This document shows positions 19,552-28,186 of a DNA stretch of 39,355 nt, piece by piece (within the stretch, counting starts at the first letter, position 1; every line of letters starts with the position of its first letter). The notes below the pieces were generated by a model. It was not told where the DNA came from, made no database searches, and saw only the letters and a list, made by a program, of their open reading frames with translations. Location of the stretch: the IMG/VR virus record IMGVR_UViG_3300030707_000002; one strand, written 5' to 3'. The translations under genes and the position numbers were made by a program. This DNA is from an uncultured virus (IMG/VR IMGVR_UViG_3300030707_000002). Taxonomy: Duplodnaviria > Heunggongvirae > Uroviricota > Caudoviricetes.

Positions 19552-20882
19552 TGGCAAGCAGATTTCCACTCGTCATCCCTACTGGAAAACGGTATCTTGT
19601 CGATCAATTCGGAGTACCGTTTCAGATGCGTGGAGACTCCGGTTGGAACATCGGCATTTCACTAAATAGCTCCGGCATCACACAGTACGTGCAGGATCGG
19701 ATCGCTCGGGGGTTCAACACCACGTTGCTGTATATGGCGCCCGTTGGACCGGACGGGAGTACGGCGGCCAACCTCAACGGAGATCAGCCGTTTTTGAAAG
19801 CCACCGACGGGAGCACGTACACCAATCGATCCCAATTGGCCGATTTCTCCACATGGAATACAGCCTATTTCGATCAGTGGGACTTGGCAATCAACACATG
19901 CGCGACCTACGGAATGATGGTACTTCTATTCCCAGCATACCTCGGGTTCAACGGGGGTAACCAAGGCTGGTACACTGATCTCCAGGCGAACAGCGGTGCT
20001 AAACGAACAGCCTATGGCAACTTCTTCGGGTCAAGATACACGAGCTTTCCAAACATTATTTACGTTATGGGCGGTGATTATAATCCAGCCGACACGAGCT
20101 CGACGATCGCCATAGCGACCGCGATCGTCGCGGCCGATTCGACTCATCTGATGACGGCCCACTGCGCAGACGGTACCAACGCGAGCACAGAGTGGGGTGG
20201 CCAATCCTGGCTCACGGTAGACAGTGTGTACACAGATGTCCAAAATGGGCATCCGTGGATCCACACGAACATGCAGTCGTCGTATACCGGTCAATCACGA
20301 CCGTCGTTCATGATCGAAAGCTGCTACGAGTTCGATAACTCCGGCACCGAACAGCTTATTCGTCAGGAAAATTGGGAGTCGCTACTCAACGGAGGAATGG
20401 GATACACCTTTGGTAGCGGCGGTTCCGTGGCCCCAAAGCCGCTCTGGGAGTTTCTCACGAGCTGGCCGACGTTGCTCGGAACAACAGGCGCCCTTGGCAG
20501 CAACGTCGTCAACAACCTCATGGCTTCGCGTGCCTGGTGGCTCCTCGTGCCCGATACAGGATTCACCTTCTTGACCAACGGCGGCAGCTACAGCGGGGCC
20601 GCTTTCGCGAGCGCTGCGCAAGCCTCCGACGGCTCATGGGGCGCCATCTACGTGCCCACCAATGAATCGTTGACCGTTGCCCTATCCGGGTTCACTCGTC
20701 GCGTCGGCGCCTTTTGGATGGACCCCACAAGCGGTAGCGTGCAATCGGCCGTCAACGGAACACTCGGGACGTCGGGCAGCCACACGTTCGCCGCCACTCC
20801 AGGCACCAACGCCGCTGGTGACAACGACTGGGTGCTGCTCTTCGAGGCGCCGAACAACTGCGTCTTCTACGCCGATTCTTGA
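19551..20882 (+). CDS. DUF4038/apiosidase-like glycoside hydrolase with C-terminal putative collagen-binding-type domain
   Basis: RYLVDQFGVPF-x-GDSGW, RGFNT, PNIIYVMGGD, LMTAH, FMIESCYE, GYTFG, WMDPTSG, NDWVLL. Confidence 0.75.
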   Translation: MASRFPLVIPTGKRYLVDQFGVPFQMRGDSGWNIGISLNSSGITQYVQDRIARGFNTTLLYMAPVGPDGSTAANLNGDQPFLKATDGSTYTNRSQLADFSTWNTAYFDQWDLAINTCATYGMMVLLFPAYLGFNGGNQGWYTDLQANSGAKRTAYGNFFGSRYTSFPNIIYVMGGDYNPADTSSTIAIATAIVAADSTHLMTAHCADGTNASTEWGGQSWLTVDSVYTDVQNGHPWIHTNMQSSYTGQSRPSFMIESCYEFDNSGTEQLIRQENWESLLNGGMGYTFGSGGSVAPKPLWEFLTSWPTLLGTTGALGSNVVNNLMASRAWWLLVPDTGFTFLTNGGSYSGAAFASAAQASDGSWGAIYVPTNESLTVALSGFTRRVGAFWMDPTSGSVQSAVNGTLGTSGSHTFAATPGTNAAGDNDWVLLFEAPNNCVFYADS

Positions 20883-20902
20883 AGAGGTGGTAAAGTTCCC
20901 GA

Positions 20903-21310
20903 ATGAGCGGCTACCACTACCTCCTCTCCGGCGGCCGGCTCGCGCAGGGGAGCGCCCCGCCTCCTCGCGCACGCATCCCCTTCGACGTCGTCGTGCTCGC
21001 GGCCGAGGAATACCAGCCGGATCTGCCCGGCTACCGCGTGCTGCACGTGCCGCTCGACGATGGGCCCCCGCCGGACAAGGTGACTCGCCTGCGCATCCGG
21101 AGCGCCGCGCGAACGGTGGCGGACCATGTGCGGATCGGACATCGCGTGATCGTTACTTGCTGGCAGGGCCGCAACCGTTCCGGGGTCATTGCGGGCCTGG
21201 CGCTCGTCGAGCTCGGGGTGCCGCGGGACCGCGCCGTCCGCCGCATCCGAGAACTCCGCGATGGCCTGACGAACCCTTACTTCCGTGCGATGGTCGAGGG
21301 CAGGCCGTGA
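20903..21310 (+). CDS. Dual-specificity protein phosphatase (CX5R)
   Basis: HVPLDD acid loop, VTCWQGRNRSG P-loop, LTNPYF. Confidence 0.85.
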   Translation: MSGYHYLLSGGRLAQGSAPPPRARIPFDVVVLAAEEYQPDLPGYRVLHVPLDDGPPPDKVTRLRIRSAARTVADHVRIGHRVIVTCWQGRNRSGVIAGLALVELGVPRDRAVRRIRELRDGLTNPYFRAMVEGRP

Positions 21311-21362
21311 ACCCCCTCCGGTTGCTGGCCTGGCTGCTGGCCGCCCTCGCGGAGTGCACCCC

Positions 21363-21923
21363 ATGAAGCTGCCCCGGTTCGTGCTGTCCGTCCTGGCCCT
21401 CTTCGGATGTGGATTCGGGTTTCACGAGACCGTGACGCCGGCAGGCACCCCGAACCTCGTCTCCTTCGCCCCACGCATGTGGCGGATGGGCCAACCACCG
21501 AACGAGGCGGCATGGAAGGAGCTCGCGGCGCGCATCGCCCCGAGCGGCGAGCGGGTCGTCATCGTCAAGCTCAACGACGACGAGGAGGGATCCGACGATC
21601 CTGCCACCACGCTCGGCTGGAAGGTTCTCAAATTCCCGATGCCGCCCGAGGACGACAAACCGTGGTCCGTCCTGATCAAACCGTCCGTAGAGCAGGTCAT
21701 GGGCGCAGTGCAAGTCATCCACTACGCATGGACGCAAGGCTACGTGGTCGCTTTCCACTGCTCGCACGGCCGCGATCGGACGGGCCTCGTCAGCGCGCTC
21801 GAGGGCAGAAAGATGTTCGGGTGGTCTCGGTCCCAAATGGAGAAGGACATGACCGACCACGGGTTTCGCTGGGTGGACGTGGACCTGACAGCTTATTTCT
21901 TCGAAGACGCGGCGACGCGCTAG
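21363..21923 (+). CDS. Tyrosine/dual-specificity phosphatase with signal peptide or lipobox
   Basis: MKLPRFVLSVLALFGC N-terminus, WRMGQP, FHCSHGRDRTG. Confidence 0.82.
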   Translation: MKLPRFVLSVLALFGCGFGFHETVTPAGTPNLVSFAPRMWRMGQPPNEAAWKELAARIAPSGERVVIVKLNDDEEGSDDPATTLGWKVLKFPMPPEDDKPWSVLIKPSVEQVMGAVQVIHYAWTQGYVVAFHCSHGRDRTGLVSALEGRKMFGWSRSQMEKDMTDHGFRWVDVDLTAYFFEDAATR

Positions 21924-22099
21924 TCGTGCGTCGCGTCCTCGACCCCGGTGCCGGGCGGCGCAGGGCCATCGACTTGCGCTGGCGCCGCCGCCGCGCGCGG
22001 CCGCTCCTGCGCTCGAAGATCCTTCTCGCACGCCGCGCACGTGCGTGTCGCATTGACAAGGCGGAGCCGGTGGCAGCGGCGGCAAATGAGTGTTCGCAT
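21920..22099 (-). CDS. Small Zn-finger protein
   Basis: CRRC and CAAC motifs; TACCGT box 9 nt upstream of the ATG. Confidence 0.45.
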   Translation of the reverse strand: MRTLICRRCHRLRLVNATRTCAACEKDLRAQERPRAAAAPAQVDGPAPPGTGVEDATHD

Positions 22100-22331
22100 G
22101 GAGACCTTACGGTATCCCAAGAGACCCTTGACCGGCTACGCTTCGTCGCGCGCGCGCCGCCTCGAACCCTCGGGCTTCCTCCCTCGATCCAATTCGGGCT
22201 CGAGGGTCCTTTCTCCCGAGGCACGGTAGGCGGTGCGCGCACTTCAAATCGACCGGATGGAGCGTAGGCTGGGGCTGCGTTTCCTCTACGGTCCTTGGCC
22301 GGCCGCCTGCGTCCCCGCGACAACCGTTCCA

Positions 22332-22853
22332 TCACGCGGTCCTGAGCCGTCCCTGGTGCAGCACCCCGTGCCACTGGGGGTGGCCGAACGAACCGCCGCC
22401 CGCGCTGCACGTCGGTCCGGGGTCCTTGGCCACGTGCAGTGATCCGGGGACCCGCGGGTCCCCGCTCCGGCACCAGCACCGATGCAGGGTGTCGGCCGGC
22501 AGGGTACAATTTGCCGCGCGTGCGTCGAGATTCCAGATGTGCCATAGCCAGCCGTACTCCGGTGTGCCGATCCCCCACTCGTCCTTCGCAGGGGTCACGA
22601 CGAAGAGGTGCTGTCCGTCGCAGTGGGTCCAGGCGCATGCCCCCTCGGCTTCGTCGAGCGCGTGCGCGCGATGGAAGAAAACATCGCCCGGGACTTTGTC
22701 GACCACCGTACCGTCCAGCGTTCGGTACGTCGGGATGCTCGTGGTGCAGCCCGCGATCGTGCAGTCGGGGTACGGGCACGGATGCTTGTCGATCGTCTCG
22801 ACGAGGAATCGAATTGGGACGTCGAAATCGCGGGCGCTCGGATCGGTGCTCAT
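22332..22853 (-). CDS. Cys/His-rich protein with DUF6527-like C-terminus
   Basis: Start at the ATGA overlap (MSTDPSARDF); ASNCT-like ARAANCT, HRCWCRSG, TCSAGGGS, WHGVLHQGRL. Confidence 0.6.
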   Translation of the reverse strand: MSTDPSARDFDVPIRFLVETIDKHPCPYPDCTIAGCTTSIPTYRTLDGTVVDKVPGDVFFHRAHALDEAEGACAWTHCDGQHLFVVTPAKDEWGIGTPEYGWLWHIWNLDARAANCTLPADTLHRCWCRSGDPRVPGSLHVAKDPGPTCSAGGGSFGHPQWHGVLHQGRLRTA

Positions 22854-23116
22854 GATACCGGGATCCACTTCCCTTCGCGGATGTGCCCGTGGAATTGGCA
22901 GGCACGGCAGAGGATCGAGGGCGACAGCGTGAGCGGGTGGACCTGCTCTACGACCCACCCGTCCTGCCACGGGGGCTCTGTGCCCATGAAGTCCTCGCAC
23001 TCGACCCCGTGGCAGAGGTGCCACCAGGCGATGCCCTCGAGAACTCCGTCGAGGTAGCGGCGTTCGACCCGGACCCCGGATCCGCAGCCCTCGATCGGGT
23101 CCTTCGTGCACTCCAC
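22850..23116 (-). CDS. DUF6527-like protein
   Basis: PLTLSPSILCRACQFHGHIREGKW; TAATCT box 6 nt before the GTG. Confidence 0.7.
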   Translation of the reverse strand: MECTKDPIEGCGSGVRVERRYLDGVLEGIAWWHLCHGVECEDFMGTEPPWQDGWVVEQVHPLTLSPSILCRACQFHGHIREGKWIPVS

Positions 23117-23259
23117 CCTGTCAGATTAGCTCACGCCAGCGCCTCGGCATGATCGACGGAAGAATCGACACCATGTCACGTTTACCGAGGACGAGGCGGC
23201 GGACCTCGTCGCCGTGTTCGAGTGGGCCATGCGTCACGCGTTCCGCACACGGCGGGCAC

Positions 23260-23469
23260 TCAGGAAGCCGTAGTCATCAGACTGCGCAGCCCACGGATCA
23301 CCCGCTCGATCGCTTCTCCGCGCTCGTCGTCGAGCTTAGCGCGCAGCCGCTGGAGGTGCTCGAGAGTTGCCTGATCATCGTCTTCGTCCATGATCCGACC
23401 GCTTGAAGCGAACGCGCCGTACATCACCAACACCCGCGACAACTCCTCGCGAGATGGAACGCGACTCAT
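23260..23469 (-). CDS. Small helical hypothetical protein
   Basis: ATGA-coupled to the XRE gene (MSRVPSREELSRVL). Confidence 0.5.
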   Translation of the reverse strand: MSRVPSREELSRVLVMYGAFASSGRIMDEDDDQATLEHLQRLRAKLDDERGEAIERVIRGLRSLMTTAS

Positions 23470-23720
23470 GTTCTGGCGCCTCCGTCGAACAAGTCGAGCA
23501 GGTAGCGTCGACCATCGATAACAACCGCTACCTCGGTAGCGCCACCGATGGCAGCGGCGTAGCGCGCGAGCGTTGAGAGCTTGACATCCCGACGCGACTC
23601 GAGAAGTGACACGTCGCCCTGCGCCATCCTCGCTGCGCGCGAGACGTCGATCTGCGTCTTGCCGAGCGCCATTCGCAACGACCGCAGGTTGTAACGGCGT
23701 CGGATCTTGGACCGCATCAC
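23466..23720 (-). CDS. XRE-family HTH protein (antitoxin-like)
   Basis: LRSLRMALGKTQIDVSRAARMAQGDVSLLESRRDVKLSTLARYAAAIGG. Confidence 0.85.
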   Translation of the reverse strand: MMRSKIRRRYNLRSLRMALGKTQIDVSRAARMAQGDVSLLESRRDVKLSTLARYAAAIGGATEVAVVIDGRRYLLDLFDGGART

Positions 23721-23905
23721 GGCCTCCGGCGTCGAATGACCGACTGCTCTTCCACTGGCTGAACACCGGCTGGCGGTCCGCCTACGGCTTCCGAGTACGC
23801 ATCATCATTCCACGGAACATAGTATCGGTTCCAGAACGCAAGCTCGTCCTCGTACGAGTCGAAGTTCGGAAGCGTTCTGTCTTTCGGCCAAGGCTTGCGG
23901 ATCAT
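23717..23905 (-). CDS. Short antitoxin-like protein (BrnA/CopG-type N-terminal motif)
   Basis: LPNFDSYEDELAFW motif; overlapping stop/start with both neighbours. Confidence 0.55.
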   Translation of the reverse strand: MIRKPWPKDRTLPNFDSYEDELAFWNRYYVPWNDDAYSEAVGGPPAGVQPVEEQSVIRRRRP

Positions 23906-24159
23906 CGGACTGGACGCCTTCTCGCTTCCCCAACATGATAAACGCGACGCCCCTTGCACGGGCGATTTAGCATGTGAGCGCTCATCTCGCCTTTACCGTC
24001 TCCTGGATCGAGACCGAGCCCGTCGTCAACGATGCGAACGCTTCGGAGCTTGCTCACACCTGGCAAGGAGCGCTCTACGACGGTGCCGTCCGAAAAAAAG
24101 AGTCGCACCTCGGTCGGTCCGATCACTTCCGCCAAACGAAGAAGTACGCCCTTCTTCAT
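23902..24159 (-). CDS. DUF2442-like protein
   Basis: VRLFFSDGTVVERSL; coupled directly after the DUF4160 gene, the usual pairing. Confidence 0.65.
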   Translation of the reverse strand: MKKGVLLRLAEVIGPTEVRLFFSDGTVVERSLPGVSKLRSVRIVDDGLGLDPGDGKGEMSAHMLNRPCKGRRVYHVGEARRRPVR

Positions 24160-24425
24160 TCCAGCGGCTCGATTCCACGCACCCGTTGTCCCTGCCGAGC
24201 GTGCGTCCATTCCGTCTCCACTTCGTCCGCGTGCAGCCGTAGCCACTGCTTGACGAGGCGATGTGCCGTTTTCGGCAACCAACCAGCCAAAATCTCGCCG
24301 TCGAGCGCCACCTGCGCCGAATCCCCGCTGTAGGTGACGTGCACGTGTGGCCGATTGTGTCGGCCTATCTCGCCGCGGAAATAGATGGCGACGACGATGC
24401 CGTAAAAGCGCGACAATTCAGCCAC
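24156..24425 (-). CDS. DUF4160 family protein (toxin-like)
   Basis: LSRFYGIVVAIYF, HNRPHVHV, GWLP, W-x-LH, IEPL. Confidence 0.85.
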   Translation of the reverse strand: MAELSRFYGIVVAIYFRGEIGRHNRPHVHVTYSGDSAQVALDGEILAGWLPKTAHRLVKQWLRLHADEVETEWTHARQGQRVRGIEPLE

Positions 24426-24597
24426 GCGAACGCCTCTTTGCTTGAGTGTATCCTAACTGAACAAGCGCGGTCGCGATGCGGGCGGCAATGGTTGATCGTT
24501 GCGGTCGACCCGCAAGATGCGCGCGCACCGATCGAGGATCACAACCGGCAGCTACTGCAACTTCGCGTTCCTGATGTGGCGTGAGTTCAGCACTCAT
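24418..24597 (-). CDS. 59 aa HTH (LacI/Cro-like) regulator, absent from the ORF track
   Basis: Manual translation MSAELTPHQEREVAVAAGCDPRSVRAHLAGRPQRSTIAARIATALVQLGYTQAKRRSRG; overlaps the DUF4160 start. Confidence 0.7.
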   Translation of the reverse strand: MSAELTPHQEREVAVAAGCDPRSVRAHLAGRPQRSTIAARIATALVQLGYTQAKRRSRG

Positions 24598-24603
24598 GCT
24601 GCA

Positions 24604-24633
24604 ATTATGACGCAGGCACAGTCAATTTGGCAA
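24604..24633 (-). promoter_or_regulatory. Leaderless sigma70-type promoter for the HTH/DUF4160 operon
   Basis: TTGCCA-N18-CATAAT, 6 nt before the ATG at 24597. Confidence 0.65.
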
Positions 24634-24669
24634 GCAGAACCTGTCCTGGTTCGTGACGGCGGCGCCGCT

Positions 24670-25047
24670 TCACGGAGCCTCCGTGATCCACCGTTCGCCG
24701 TCCGGTACTCCCACGATCGTGGGCGTCTCGTGCCAGGGGCTCGGCTCGCGTGTCCCGTCCGGCCGCTCGTCGCCGACCACGTCGATCGACGGCGAGATTT
24801 GCCAATCGCGCTCCGAGACGGGATTCAACCCCCACGAATGCCGGCCGCTCGGGCCGACGTCCAGGTACGGGCCGTGGGGGTTGACGGGCACCCCCACGTA
24901 GAACGGCTGTCCGGTGTCCGCCCGGCGGACGTACGCCCAGAGCTGCCACCACGCGCGGCCCTCCGCGTCCCGTGCGCTGCGGATCGTGCACTCGTCGATC
25001 GCGAGATCGCCGAGCCGGCTGCCGGCGCGATAAACGAGGACGCTCAC
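24670..25047 (-). CDS. Hypothetical protein, DUF6527-like (SPSI motif)
   Basis: SWGL, WQISPSIDVV, PWH; GTG start 6 nt after TGG-CAAGAT. Confidence 0.55.
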   Translation of the reverse strand: MSVLVYRAGSRLGDLAIDECTIRSARDAEGRAWWQLWAYVRRADTGQPFYVGVPVNPHGPYLDVGPSGRHSWGLNPVSERDWQISPSIDVVGDERPDGTREPSPWHETPTIVGVPDGERWITEAP

Positions 25048-25170
25048 GAAATAATCTTGCCACGGCCGCGCACAGGCGTACGCTGGTCGTGGGCATGTAA
25101 CGGGTACCTCCTGGATGGGGCCGAGGCCGCCGCGCTGGACCAGCATGGCGGCCTTGGTTTTTTGTCGCCC

Positions 25171-25220
25171 TTGCACGCACCTCGGTGCCGTGAGAGGATG
25201 GGCTCGACAAGATAAGGAGG
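25171..25220 (+). promoter_or_regulatory. Promoter and strong RBS for the 25228-34624 operon
   Basis: TTGCAC-N17-GAGGAT with a GCACC-TC-GGTGC inverted repeat in the spacer; TAAGGAGG at 25213-25220. Confidence 0.55.
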
Positions 25221-25227
25221 TTCCCGA

Positions 25228-25632
25228 ATGACGTCGCGCAAGCGAGTCGTCGAAGCCACGCGCAAGAAGTCCGCACCGACGGTGCAGGAGATTCGTGTGC
25301 GCGTGATGCACGACGAGGACCCGGACACATCGTTCTTCGACAGCGGTGACCCCGAGTACAAGGACCAAGACGAGGACCGCCGGAAACAGTACGAGCGCGG
25401 CGACTTCTCATTCGTCGGTGTGCGCGCGGAGACCGACGTCGACATCCAGGGTGTCCTCCAGACGCTCACGAGCGGCGGTCTCTGGGGCGTAGAAAGCGAC
25501 GGCAAGGTGTACATCGAGGAGGTCGCGGCCGAAGAATACAACGACCTGCGCAAAATCCTAATCTCGATCGGGGTGTCGACCGCGCAGCTCCCGACGAAAT
25601 TCGATCCCAAGTGGATCAAGTGGGAGGCGTGA
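25228..25632 (+). CDS. Acidic phage hypothetical protein with basic N-terminal tag
   Basis: Strong RBS; MTSRKRVVEATRKK followed by a domain with GDFSFVGV and SGGLWGVESD. Confidence 0.85.
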   Translation: MTSRKRVVEATRKKSAPTVQEIRVRVMHDEDPDTSFFDSGDPEYKDQDEDRRKQYERGDFSFVGVRAETDVDIQGVLQTLTSGGLWGVESDGKVYIEEVAAEEYNDLRKILISIGVSTAQLPTKFDPKWIKWEA

Positions 25633-25633
25633 G

Positions 25634-26002
25634 ATGGCGAAAGCGGAAGGAATCCGATCGTACGGCCCCGGCAAGTACAGCACGATCATCGACAGCTACG
25701 TGCATGGTGCGACGATCGACTTCGGCGCCGACCACGAAGAGAGCTACCCCGAGGGGGGCGGCTGGTACGGCTTCATGGCGCTCGATCGAGACACGGTCGA
25801 GCGCATTCTCGAGGATGCGGCCGAGGCCAAAGACCGGCTCACCAAGGAGGAGGAAGAACTCCTCGACGAGAGTCTGGCGGTCATCCTCTTCGAGCGATCG
25901 GACGGTATTGTCGAGGTCGAGTGGTACGACGACCTAGCCGAAGCCGAAGAAGCGTGGGCTGAAATCGAAGAGGAGTTTGCCGACCTCGAAGGAGATGAGT
26001 GA
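25634..26002 (+). CDS. Acidic phage hypothetical protein
   Basis: Tightly packed in the operon; GPGKY, GWYG and ILFERSDGIV motifs. Confidence 0.8.
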   Translation: MAKAEGIRSYGPGKYSTIIDSYVHGATIDFGADHEESYPEGGGWYGFMALDRDTVERILEDAAEAKDRLTKEEEELLDESLAVILFERSDGIVEVEWYDDLAEAEEAWAEIEEEFADLEGDE

Positions 26003-26703
26003 TGGTCCGCCGATTTATCCACGAATCCGACACGGTCGACTTCGGCGACGAGGACGCCGTACTCGCCGAGATGGCGAAGGAACTCGACATCGACCCGGAC
26101 GAGCTGAAGATCCAAGACGATCGATCCGGCTTCAGCGTCCAGGCGTACGAGATCACCATCCGCGGCGGCAAGCACGGCAAGGAATGGAAGGTCGTCGCCA
26201 GCGAAGACGATGAGCGGGAGCTTGCGCTCGAGATCGTCAAGCAAGATCTCGACGATCAGCCGGAAATCTTCAACAAGGACTTCATCGAGTCGCACATCGA
26301 CACGGACCGATTGAAGCGCGATCTATGGGGCGACACGCGAGACAGCAACGAAGAGAGGTTGCGCGACGAGCGCGACCGCGACTTCTGGCGCGAGTGGGAA
26401 GCGCAGGGGCTCGACATGCCAGAGGAGAACGAGGACGGAGAGCTCGAATCGCCCGACGATTCTCAGATCGAAGAACTGGCCGAGCGGCTGACCGAGAGCG
26501 AACTCCAAGACCCGATGGAGTATCTCGAGAACATTTACGGCAAGGAGAACGCCGTCAAAGAGGCCATCCGGATCGCCGGCATCGACATCGACGCCGCCGC
26601 CGAAGAGGCCGTCGACACCGACGGAGCGTCGCACTTCCTGTCGTCGTACGACGGCCAGTCGTACACGACCGATGGCGGGCTGGTTTACTGGAGGGTGAAC
26701 TAA
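26002..26703 (+). CDS. Highly acidic phage protein
   Basis: TGATG-coupled; MVRRFIHE N-terminus; DG-x-SHFLSSYDG C-terminal motif. Confidence 0.85.
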   Translation: MVRRFIHESDTVDFGDEDAVLAEMAKELDIDPDELKIQDDRSGFSVQAYEITIRGGKHGKEWKVVASEDDERELALEIVKQDLDDQPEIFNKDFIESHIDTDRLKRDLWGDTRDSNEERLRDERDRDFWREWEAQGLDMPEENEDGELESPDDSQIEELAERLTESELQDPMEYLENIYGKENAVKEAIRIAGIDIDAAAEEAVDTDGASHFLSSYDGQSYTTDGGLVYWRVN

Positions 26704-27122
26704 TGGCTACTCGAAGACGGATGCGAGAGACCGACAATAACTGGGCGGCGACCTACATCGAGTGGGAATCGGTCGAGGACAGCTACGAACACGGTGAGCA
26801 GGACAACTCGCAGACCGTCCTGTCCGAGAGTATCTTCGTCAAGGCGACTAGCCCGGCCGCGCTCATCAAGAAACTCTCCAGCACCTACGGACTCCCCCAG
26901 GAACGAGACAACTGGGCCGCGTTCGACGGCCGACTCACCTGCGAGTTCATGGTCGACGACGACAACGTGCCGCCCACCGACCGCGAGGTGGAGGCGTGGA
27001 AGACCGGTCGCAAGCGGCTCTGGGCCGCTCACGTCAACGTCGGCGTGGCACGCGTCTCGGTGCCGACCACCGAGGAGATCGCGGAAGCCTTCGGGGTGGA
27101 AGACATGGGAGGGTCGGACTGA
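26703..27122 (+). CDS. Acidic phage protein with Arg-rich N-terminal tag
   Basis: TAATG-coupled start MATRRRMRETD; AWKTGRKRLW motif. Confidence 0.8.
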   Translation: MATRRRMRETDNNWAATYIEWESVEDSYEHGEQDNSQTVLSESIFVKATSPAALIKKLSSTYGLPQERDNWAAFDGRLTCEFMVDDDNVPPTDREVEAWKTGRKRLWAAHVNVGVARVSVPTTEEIAEAFGVEDMGGSD

Positions 27123-28186
27123 TGGCTTCCCGACGAAGGCAGCAACACCTCCCCGGCATCGAGCCGGGCGACGAACCGCTCGAGATCATCATCCCGACGA
27201 TGGACTGGGAGCAGATCGGTGGGGACATGGACCCTGGAGCGTCAGGCGGTACGATCGCCACCGGCGACGGGAACGCCATTGAGCTAATTCGGATCGACCC
27301 AGTCCGCAACAACGTCGGCGACAGGGAAGCCGCCGATGTGGGTTTCCCATTCTGGACGAAGGAGGGGTACTTCGATCTCAGCGACCTCGACCCGAGCAGC
27401 GAGGAAGTCCAGAGCGCCATGCAGGCCGTCGGTCTAGCCAGAGACGCGCTCGAAGAGATGGAACCAGAGCATCGAGCCATCGCTATCGCGGAGGCACTGC
27501 TCGACTACGGACGCGGTGACCCTGGGCCCTCTGGATGGTCTGGTGACATCAACATCCCCGAGAAGGTGAAGTGGTGGGGCGGCAAAATCTCGGGGTCGGA
27601 GTACCTCGCGGACGAGGACGAGGCGTTCCGCGACGACGTGCTCGGCTACGGCGAGATCAAGGTGGCGCTCGAGGAAACGATCGAGCGAATGGTCGACCAG
27701 AGTGCGGCGGAGGGCTGGGGCACGCCCGGCGACCAGCTCGCGGGTGACCTGGAGGACGCAGGGTTCGATCCCGAGTCGATCGTCGTCGAGGCGAATTTCG
27801 GCGACGCGGTGGCGGTCAACGGAGACCTGATCGTCGGCCCACACTGGGCGGAGGTGTTCGGGTACAAGCACAACGACCTCTGGAGCGAAGTTGGCACCGA
27901 CGAGCTCACCGACTGGCTCGACAAGAACGGCTACGAGTACCTCGACAAGTCGGGCGGCCGCGTGCCGTCGACCGAGGGCTACGCGTACGCCGAGCACGTC
28001 GTAGACGCCGTCGCCAAGGAGCTCGACCGGTCGCGCGAGCAGGTAGAGGAAGCCGCCAAGTCCGTCGACGGATGGCAAGAAGAGATCCCGGGCAGCTCGT
28101 CGGGCATGACGTACGTCTGGGCGAAACGCAAAGAGGAATCCAGGACCGAGGAAGCGCGACGTCGAACGCGCACGAGGAGAAGATAA
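27122..28186 (+). CDS. Acidic phage protein with Arg-rich N- and C-terminal tags
   Basis: TGATG-coupled MASRRR start; ends EEARRRTRTRRR. Confidence 0.85.
   Translation: MASRRRQQHLPGIEPGDEPLEIIIPTMDWEQIGGDMDPGASGGTIATGDGNAIELIRIDPVRNNVGDREAADVGFPFWTKEGYFDLSDLDPSSEEVQSAMQAVGLARDALEEMEPEHRAIAIAEALLDYGRGDPGPSGWSGDINIPEKVKWWGGKISGSEYLADEDEAFRDDVLGYGEIKVALEETIERMVDQSAAEGWGTPGDQLAGDLEDAGFDPESIVVEANFGDAVAVNGDLIVGPHWAEVFGYKHNDLWSEVGTDELTDWLDKNGYEYLDKSGGRVPSTEGYAYAEHVVDAVAKELDRSREQVEEAAKSVDGWQEEIPGSSSGMTYVWAKRKEESRTEEARRRTRTRRR

Noticed and set aside
22160..22210. tRNA- or SRP-like element suggested by GGGTTCGA and GGAAG
   Set aside because: No cloverleaf, CCA end or SRP domain IV consensus could be built.
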